64,000 nt of DNA from Bacteroidales bacterium (GTDB lineage: Bacteria; Bacteroidota; Bacteroidia; Bacteroidales; VadinHA17), in NCBI GenBank assembly GCA_022865305.1, contig JALHSP010000074.1, forward strand, positions 18,413-82,412, given 5' to 3'. Within the stretch, counting starts at the first letter, position 1, and the number at the start of each line of letters is the position of its first letter. The translations under genes were made by a program, and so were the position numbers. The notes under the pieces are model-generated. The model was not told the DNA's origin. It made no database searches and saw only the letters and a list, made by a program, of their open reading frames with translations. Below are positions 57,541 to 64,000 of this stretch, piece by piece.

Positions 57541-58457
57541 TAAAAAATCAAAGGATTCACCACATCCACCTTATACCGGAACTCGTATCTTAGCATTATC
57601 TCATGCGATCCATAGCTATATCTTCCAAGCTTGCCGATATCATAATCGTATGTATAGGCGACTCTCAACTGGTTGTTTATAGCGAACTGAAATAATCCTG
57701 CTACAGACCGGTTACTCCGGTATGATGCTCCCACCCAAAACCTGTCAAATAAGTTAAAATGAGCATTCACATCATATAATAACTTTTCTCCTGGCGAGAA
57801 AGTCACAAGAGTCGACGGAAATAACTTTAGTTTCGGGCTTAAACTAAAGACATAACCCGTATTGAATAAATAATAGTATTGTCCGGGATTAACCTTCAGT
57901 GTATATTTGTTTTTATCAAAATCGAACTTGTAGCCCAGTAATTTTGGTATTGAAAAACCTATAAAATAATTATGATATGAGTAATATGTACCAAAACTAA
58001 AGTCAGGAACAACAAAAACCCGTGAATCGATTAGCTTAAATTCATCACCCGGATCGAGGACAACAAGGTCAGACCAGGCAGTGTTTGTGGTGATTATACC
58101 TGCTCCAAGACCAAGTGAGAGATTCCCATCTCCCATACTGATTTTATAAGAATAATTGGAACTGAATTGAGTTTCTTTTGTGACTCCTAATTTATCATTA
58201 ACAACAACAAGACCTACTCCTAGTTTGGAATCGAGTAAAGGTGCATCTACCGCCAGCGTCATGGTTTCAGGAGCACCAGTGATTCCTATCCATTGCTTAC
58301 GGTAGAAAGCTGCAATATTCAGTGCGCCCCTGTTACCTGCATATGAAGGATTTATCGTAAGAGGATTTAGGACATACTGATTTGAGACAGGAGTTAGCTG
58401 CCCCGAAACGTTCAGAGGAATCAGCAACCAGAAAAAAGCCTTAATTATCCTTTTCAT
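57540..58457 (-). CDS. PorP/SprF family type IX secretion system outer-membrane protein
   Basis: The internal ATG gives the signal MKRIIKAFFWLLIPLNVSGQ. The family opening is LTPVSNQYVLNPLTINPSYAG. A beta-barrel pattern runs to the C-terminal ..VVNPLIF. Located directly downstream of a type-B CTD cargo gene, as is usual. Confidence 0.88.
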   Translation of the reverse strand: MKRIIKAFFWLLIPLNVSGQLTPVSNQYVLNPLTINPSYAGNRGALNIAAFYRKQWIGITGAPETMTLAVDAPLLDSKLGVGLVVVNDKLGVTKETQFSSNYSYKISMGDGNLSLGLGAGIITTNTAWSDLVVLDPGDEFKLIDSRVFVVPDFSFGTYYSYHNYFIGFSIPKLLGYKFDFDKNKYTLKVNPGQYYYLFNTGYVFSLSPKLKLFPSTLVTFSPGEKLLYDVNAHFNLFDRFWVGASYRSNRSVAGLFQFAINNQLRVAYTYDYDIGKLGRYSYGSHEIMLRYEFRYKVDVVNPLIF

Positions 58458-58577
58458 TATCTTTAAATTAATTTTAAAAGTATAAAAGAACCCGCATGCC
58501 GCTGATAATTTGATTATTGTATTTAGCTTTGCTGAGCTTTCAAGCAAGGTTTATCAGCAAAACATGCGGGTCTTATT

Positions 58578-61500
58578 TTATCTTCTTATAACAATATAAC
58601 CACCAATTGCATTGCTGTTTGTCGGTTTCAGAATGAAGAAATAAGTGTCATCAGGAAGAGGATTGTTATTATAGTCAACTCCATCCCATTCGTTTTGATA
58701 ATCTCTGTTCAGGTAAACCTGTGCTCCTCTCCTGTCAAATACCACGAGTTCAGTTTTTCCGAGTGTCTCAATTCCACGTAATACGAAGTAATCATTTTTC
58801 CCATCCATATTAGGGGTAATGAGAGTCGGAATGACCAGGTTATTAACAGTAATTATTATATAGTCTTTTGCCGGAGAACATACTCCATTAGTTACTGTCC
58901 ACAAAAGAATGTTTTCACCTAGTTGAAGTCCGGTTACATATGTTTCTGAAGAATCAGCATCAGAGAATTCAGCGGAACCTGATTCGAGAGACCATATCCC
59001 GGTCTCATGAATATCCAGGTCAGCTGCTTCCATTTTTGTTTCAAACAGATATTCCAATACTCTGTCAGGACCTGCATCAGCGACAGGTTTATTCCAAATC
59101 TCAACTTTTACCGAATCAATATTTTTACATCCATATATGTCAGTTAATGTAACCTTATACATGGTAGTTGTTTCCGGAGAAGCTACCGGATCAGATATAC
59201 CAGGATTATCCAACATTGTTTCCGGATCCCAGAAGAAGGTCCCGGTACCAAGTGCATGAAGCTGGACAGATCCTCCTTCACAGAGGATGGTATCTCTGCC
59301 GGCATCAATCGATGGTAAACTTCTGAATATTACCCTGATTATATCTGTAGATTTGCATGTACTGTTTGATTCAGTCCAGGCAAAGTCATATGTACCAAAC
59401 TGGTCCACCGTGACAGTAGCATCAGGCTGATTCGGATCCGGACTAAAGATAGCATTCCCGGGTCCGCTGGATTTAGTCCATGTGCCTGTACCGGAACCAG
59501 GTGTTGCATTCAGGCTGAAATCAAGGTCGCATTCTTCCCCGCCATTTCCCGCATCTGCTGCCGGTGCTTTAATGAAAATAACATTTGTCGAAGCAATATC
59601 TGAACATGTTCCGTTTACTTCTGTCCATGTGAAGGTATAAGATCCATAAGCTGATACAGTAACTTTAGCATTGGGTGCGTTAGCACTTGGAGTGAATGTT
59701 GCTGTTCCTGATCCTGCGGTCTTGGTCCATGTACCGACTCCGACACTTGGAACTGCATTAAGGAAAAATTCCGGACCACAGTTATTGCCGCCTGTTCCGG
59801 GATTAGCATTTGGTTGCTCGTAAAAGTTAACTGTAACTGCAGCACTTTTTGAACATACCACATTTAATTCTGTCCATGTAAATATATAAGTCCCGTATTC
59901 AGATACTGTAACTGTTGCTGTTGGTGAATTTGCACTTGGTGCGAATTCTGCTGTCCCGGGTCCGCTGGTCTTTGTCCAGGTTCCTGTACCAATGTTTAGA
60001 ACCGCACTGAATTTGAAGTTCAGATCGCACTCGTTGCCTCCGGTTCCGGGATTAACTACAGGCTGTCTGTAGAAGTTGACTGTAATTGATGAACTGCTTG
60101 AACAGGTTACATTGACTTCAGTCCAGGTAAAGGTATATGTCCCATATGCTGAAACTGTAACCGTTGCAGTTGGGCTGTTAGCATTTGGTGTGAACGTTGC
60201 AGTGCCCGGTCCGGCAGTTTTAGTCCATGTACCGACTCCAATACTAGGCACTGCATTAAAGATGACTGTCAGATCACACTCATCTCCTCCTTTACCGGCA
60301 TTTGCCAATGGTACTGCATTGACAGTCACAACAGCAGTACCTGTTTGTGTCTGTGAACAACCTGTGGTACTTGCATCCCGGACATTTACCAGTGCATAAG
60401 TAAATATTCCTGAGATACCTGTCGGAACTGGCAATGTAACACTGTTACCTACTGTTGTTGTGATGGTCTGGTTACTGCCATTATTGATCTTATAAGTGAA
60501 TGTATAAGGTGCTGTGCCTGATGCTCCCGTGAAAGCTATATTTGGAGAGGCTGCATCTTTACATACTGTCGTGGTTCCGCTTATGGTAGCCGTTGGCAAT
60601 GGATTAACCGTTATAGTAGCGCTGCCTCCCTGTAGCTGTGAACAGCCTGAAGTACTTCCGTCCCGGACACTTACCAATGTATAAATAAATGTTCCTGCAG
60701 TACCTGTAGATACTGCTACAGTAACACTATTACCACTTGTTGTTGTAACGGTCTGATTACTGCCACTATTGATCTGATAAGTAAAGGTATAAGGTGCTGT
60801 ACCTGATGCTCCCGTGAAAGTAATATTCGGAGAAGCTGCATCTTTGCATACCACTGTGGTTCCGCTGATTGATGCAGTTGGTAATGGATTAACAGTAACA
60901 ATTGCACTGCCTGTTTGTGCCTGCGAACAGGTTGTAATACTTGCATCCCTGACACTTACAAGTGAATATGTAAATGTACCTGCTGTACCGGTGGGTACTG
61001 ATACAGTAACACTGTTACCTGATGTTGTTGTAACTGTCTGGTTGCTTCCACTGTTAATGGTATAGGTGAAAGTATAAGGTGCTGTACCATTTGCTCCTGT
61101 GAAAGTAATATTTGGTGAAGCTACATCTTTACATATCACTGTCGTTCCACTTATCGTCGCTGTTGGTAATGGATTGACTGTTATTGTAGCACTGCCACCC
61201 TGTATCTGCGAGCATGCCGTGGTGCTTCCATCACGAACGCTTACCAGCGCATATGTAAATATTCCAACTGTACCTGTGGGTGCCGGAACCGTCACACTAT
61301 TGCCTGAGGTTGTAGTAACAGTCTGATTGCTTCCGCTATTTATTGTGTAAGTAAAGGTATAGGGTGCTGTACCATTTGCTCCGGTGAATGTAACATTCGG
61401 CGAGGCTGCATCTTTACATACTGCTGTTGTTCCGCTTATGGTTGCTGTTGGTAATGTATTAACTGTTACTACTGCACTACCTGTTTGTGTCTGTGAACAA

Positions 61501-64000
61501 GTCGTACTGCTTGCATCCCTGACACTCACAAGTGAATATGTAAATGTACCTGCCGTACCGGTAGGTGCTGCTACCGTAACACTATTGCCTGAAGTTGTTA
61601 TAACTGTCAGGTTGCTTCCACTGTTAATCTTATAGGTAAAGGTATATGGTGCTGTACCATTTGCCCCTGTGAAAGTAATATTCGGAGATGCTGCATCCTT
61701 ACATACTGCTGTGTTTCCGCTTATGGTCGCAGTCGGTAATGGATTGATCGTAACAGTCGCACTACCCGTTTGTATCTGAGAACAGGTTGTTGCACTTGCA
61801 TCCCGTACACTTACCAGTGAATATGTAAATATACCTGTTGTACCGGTGGGTACTGCTACAGTAACACTGTTACCTACTGTTGTTGTGACAGTTTGATTAC
61901 TGCCACTATTGACTGTATAGGTAAAGGTATAAGGTGCAGTTCCATTTGCTCCTGTGAACGTAATATTAGGTGAAGCTTCATCTTTACATACCACGGTCGT
62001 TCCGCTTATTGATGCTGTCGGTAATGGATTGACAGTAACCACTGTACTGCCCGTTTGTGCCTGCGAACAGGTTGTGGTACTTGCATCCCGGACACTCACA
62101 AGTGAATATGTAAATGTACCTGTCGCACCTGTAGCAGCTGAGACCGTAACACTATTGCCCGATGTTGTTATGACGGTCTGGTTACTTCCGCTGTTTATCT
62201 TATAGGTAAAGGTATACGGTGCTGTGCCATTGGCTCCCGTGAATGTAATATTCGGAGAAGCTGCATCTTTACATACTGCTGTCGTCCCGCTTATGGTCGC
62301 TGTCGGTAATGGATTTATAGTAACCACTGCACTGCCCGTTTGTGCCTGCGAACAGGTCGTACTGCTTGCATCCTGTACACTGACCAGTGTATATGTAAAT
62401 GTTCCTGCTGCACCTGTGGGTACTGCTACTGTAACACTGCTGCCTGAGGTTGTTGTGACAGTCTGGTTGCTTCCGCTATTGATCCTATAGGTAAAGGTAT
62501 ATGGCGCTGTTCCATTTGCACCTGTGAACAAAATATTCGGAGATGCCGCATCTTCACATACTGATGTCGTACCACTGATACTTGCTGTCGGCAGCGGATT
62601 GACAGTTATGTAATTTGCCTTTGTTTCAGTATCCGATGCCCCTTCCGTTATTGTGAGGCTTACTGTTTTCGACCCTGATGTTGTATAGGTTACTGTATGC
62701 GGACCAGATCCCGTTGCCGTTGAAGGTGTGGCCCCTGTACCAAAATTCCAGCTATAGGTCGTCGATCCTGATACTCCTGTGCAAAGACTCGTAAAGATCA
62801 CACTTGAACCTGTGCATATACTTGTACTGCTTGCTGAAAAGTTTGCATTGAGGGTACATCCCTGTAAACTGATTGCCAGTGTTACCTGTGCTCCGGAACA
62901 TCCCGTTGGAAGCGTTTCCACAACACCAATATTGCCATTGTTCATCCCGAAATTAACTGTTATACTGTTATTATCCGGTCCTGTGGCTCCCGAGGTGATG
63001 GTAGCTCCGGTTGGTACTGTCCAGTTATATGTGGATCCTGTTGTCAGTGTTACACTATATACTATTCCGGTAGCACTGCAGGCTGGGGTCTGACTGCCGC
63101 TTATGGCCGAGGTAGTTGGCAATGGATTAACAGTTACTACTGCGCTTCCTGTCTGTGTTTGAGAACAGGTTGTAGTACTTGCATCCTGAACACTTACAAG
63201 GGTATAGGTAAACGTACCTGCTGTTCCTGTGGGTACTGCTACTGTGACACTATTGCCTGATGTCGTTGTAACTGTTTGATTGCTGCCGGTATTGATCCTA
63301 TAGGTAAAGGTATACGGTGCTGTGCCATTTGACCCTGTGAAGGTGATATTCGGAGATGCAGCATCTTTACATACTGCTGTCGTTCCGCTTATCGTAGCTG
63401 TCGGTAACGGATTCACTGTTACTACTGCACTGCCCGTCTGTACCTGGGTACAGGCAGAAGTGCTTGCATCACGCACACTTACAAGGGTATAGGTAAAGGT
63501 TCCTGCTGTACCTGTGGGTGCTGCTACTGTAACACTATTGCCTGAACTTGTTGTGATGGTCTGGTTGCTTCCGCTGTTGATCCTATAGGTAAAGGTATAT
63601 GGTGCTGTGCCATTTGCTCCTGTGAACGTAATATTCGGAGAAGCTGCATTTCTGCATACCGCTGTCGTTCCGATTATTGTTGCGGTTGGCAATGGATTAA
63701 TAGTCACTATTGCACTACCTGTCTGTGCTTGTGAACAGGTCGTAGCACTGGCATCTCTGACACTTACAAGGGAATATGTAAATATACCTGTTGCATTAGT
63801 AGGTACTGATAACGTTACACTACTGCCCGATGTTGTTGAAACAGTCTGGTTGCTGCCGCTATTGACAGAATAGGTAAAGGTATAAGGTGCTGTGCCATTT
63901 GCTCCTGTGAATGTAATATTTGGTGAAGCTGCACCAATACATACTGCTGTAGTTCCGCTTATAGTTGCTGTTGGTAACGGATTCACTGTCACTACTGCAC
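58578..64000 (-). CDS. giant repeat adhesin (at least 1804 aa in window, 5' end outside) with a type-B T9SS (gliding-motility-associated) C-terminal domain
   Basis: The ORF is open to the window edge. The C-terminus ..IPTLITPNMDGKNDYFVLRGIE..VVFDRRGAQVY..DDTYFFILKP.. is the CHU_C/TIGR04131-type domain. Upstream are tandem 95-aa and ~83-aa Ig-like repeats and one PKD-like module. Confidence 0.9.
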   Translation of the reverse strand, partial: AVVTVNPLPTATISGTTAVCIGAASPNITFTGANGTAPYTFTYSVNSGSNQTVSTTSGSSVTLSVPTNATGIFTYSLVSVRDASATTCSQAQTGSAIVTINPLPTATIIGTTAVCRNAASPNITFTGANGTAPYTFTYRINSGSNQTITTSSGNSVTVAAPTGTAGTFTYTLVSVRDASTSACTQVQTGSAVVTVNPLPTATISGTTAVCKDAASPNITFTGSNGTAPYTFTYRINTGSNQTVTTTSGNSVTVAVPTGTAGTFTYTLVSVQDASTTTCSQTQTGSAVVTVNPLPTTSAISGSQTPACSATGIVYSVTLTTGSTYNWTVPTGATITSGATGPDNNSITVNFGMNNGNIGVVETLPTGCSGAQVTLAISLQGCTLNANFSASSTSICTGSSVIFTSLCTGVSGSTTYSWNFGTGATPSTATGSGPHTVTYTTSGSKTVSLTITEGASDTETKANYITVNPLPTASISGTTSVCEDAASPNILFTGANGTAPYTFTYRINSGSNQTVTTTSGSSVTVAVPTGAAGTFTYTLVSVQDASSTTCSQAQTGSAVVTINPLPTATISGTTAVCKDAASPNITFTGANGTAPYTFTYKINSGSNQTVITTSGNSVTVSAATGATGTFTYSLVSVRDASTTTCSQAQTGSTVVTVNPLPTASISGTTVVCKDEASPNITFTGANGTAPYTFTYTVNSGSNQTVTTTVGNSVTVAVPTGTTGIFTYSLVSVRDASATTCSQIQTGSATVTINPLPTATISGNTAVCKDAASPNITFTGANGTAPYTFTYKINSGSNLTVITTSGNSVTVAAPTGTAGTFTYSLVSVRDASSTTCSQTQTGSAVVTVNTLPTATISGTTAVCKDAASPNVTFTGANGTAPYTFTYTINSGSNQTVTTTSGNSVTVPAPTGTVGIFTYALVSVRDGSTTACSQIQGGSATITVNPLPTATISGTTVICKDVASPNITFTGANGTAPYTFTYTINSGSNQTVTTTSGNSVTVSVPTGTAGTFTYSLVSVRDASITTCSQAQTGSAIVTVNPLPTASISGTTVVCKDAASPNITFTGASGTAPYTFTYQINSGSNQTVTTTSGNSVTVAVSTGTAGTFIYTLVSVRDGSTSGCSQLQGGSATITVNPLPTATISGTTTVCKDAASPNIAFTGASGTAPYTFTYKINNGSNQTITTTVGNSVTLPVPTGISGIFTYALVNVRDASTTGCSQTQTGTAVVTVNAVPLANAGKGGDECDLTVIFNAVPSIGVGTWTKTAGPGTATFTPNANSPTATVTVSAYGTYTFTWTEVNVTCSSSSSITVNFYRQPVVNPGTGGNECDLNFKFSAVLNIGTGTWTKTSGPGTAEFAPSANSPTATVTVSEYGTYIFTWTELNVVCSKSAAVTVNFYEQPNANPGTGGNNCGPEFFLNAVPSVGVGTWTKTAGSGTATFTPSANAPNAKVTVSAYGSYTFTWTEVNGTCSDIASTNVIFIKAPAADAGNGGEECDLDFSLNATPGSGTGTWTKSSGPGNAIFSPDPNQPDATVTVDQFGTYDFAWTESNSTCKSTDIIRVIFRSLPSIDAGRDTILCEGGSVQLHALGTGTFFWDPETMLDNPGISDPVASPETTTMYKVTLTDIYGCKNIDSVKVEIWNKPVADAGPDRVLEYLFETKMEAADLDIHETGIWSLESGSAEFSDADSSETYVTGLQLGENILLWTVTNGVCSPAKDYIIITVNNLVIPTLITPNMDGKNDYFVLRGIETLGKTELVVFDRRGAQVYLNRDYQNEWDGVDYNNNPLPDDTYFFILKPTNSNAIGGYIVIRR
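59312..60305 (-). repeat. 4 tandem copies of a ~250-bp (~83-aa) coding repeat
   Basis: Unit N(P/A)G.GG.ECDL.F...V..IG.GTWTKT.GPGTA.F.P.AN.P.A.VTVS.YG.Y.FTWTE.N..C.... Confidence 0.8.
60320..62602 (-). repeat. 8 tandem copies of a 285-bp (95-aa) coding repeat
   Basis: The unit NPLPTA(T/S)ISGTT.VCKDAASPNITFTGANGTAPYTFTY.INSGSNQTVTTTSGNSVTV..PTGTAGTFTYSLVSVRDAS.TTCSQ.QTGSA.VTV recurs every 95 aa. Antisense ORFs in the track step by 285 nt (60814, 61099, 61384, 61954). Confidence 0.9.
63129..64000 (-). repeat. second block of the same 285-bp repeat (3 copies in window, continues past the edge)
   Basis: NPLPT occurs at residues 4, 99 and 194 of the window-internal translation. Confidence 0.85.

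Noticed and set aside
60076-63873. Ladder of 75-107-aa plus-strand ORFs (60814, 61099, 61384, 61954, 62224, 63607, etc.)
   Set aside because: They lie antisense to the adhesin gene and repeat with its 285-bp period. They are low-complexity Val/Thr/Leu/Pro translations of the repeat and therefore artefacts.
1-64000. Search for a known anti-phage defence or toxin-antitoxin system, integron, prophage or conjugative element
   Set aside because: No nuclease, helicase, STAND/AAA ATPase, methyltransferase, integrase (other than the IS transposase), phage structural gene or toxin-like gene was recognised. The accessory content is polysaccharide, surface and transport related.

Overview
AT-rich window from a Bacteroidota-type genome. 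The phylum call rests on T9SS C-terminal sorting domains, a PorP/SprF gene, a CarboxypepD_reg-type TonB receptor with a DUF4249 partner, and lipoprotein signal peptides. I cannot name the species.

Layout:
- 1-9.7 kb is an accessory patch. It holds the 3' end of an AMP-ligase gene and two ~93% identical copies of a secreted enzyme-like gene, one with a T9SS tail and one a lipoprotein. These bracket an IS1182-family element whose transposase has a single in-frame stop, two lipoprotein genes and purU.
- 9.9-54 kb is one long polysaccharide (capsule/EPS/O-antigen-type) locus, almost entirely on the minus strand. It encodes capD-like dehydratase, wza, wzc, wzy, wzx, wecB, a DegT aminotransferase, an initiating sugar-phosphate transferase and 4-5 glycosyltransferases. 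It also encodes a bi-domain oxidoreductase plus a heparinase II/III-like protein.
- The locus carries an unusually large decoration toolkit: a CapK-like ligase, two ATP-grasp enzymes, three or four GNATs, a CE4 deacetylase, and a complete Dlt-like A-domain/carrier/MBOAT/SGNH module plus a second MBOAT/SGNH pair.
- 54.5-64 kb holds an OmpA/TolB/PKD protein, a PorP/SprF gene and the 3' 5.4 kb of a giant repeat adhesin with a type-B T9SS C-terminal domain.

The most unusual signal is non-genic. At least seven gene junctions carry 'zipper' inverted repeats built from a tandem 7-nt (once 9-nt) unit on one arm and its complement on the other. Each site uses a different unit. Three enclose a four-helix-bundle (23S rRNA intervening-sequence protein family) gene in the loop, one is next to a truncated copy, and three are empty. 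Lone arrays of the same kind sit in-frame inside the DegT and wecB coding sequences.

I recognised no CRISPR array, tRNA/rRNA gene or known defence system.
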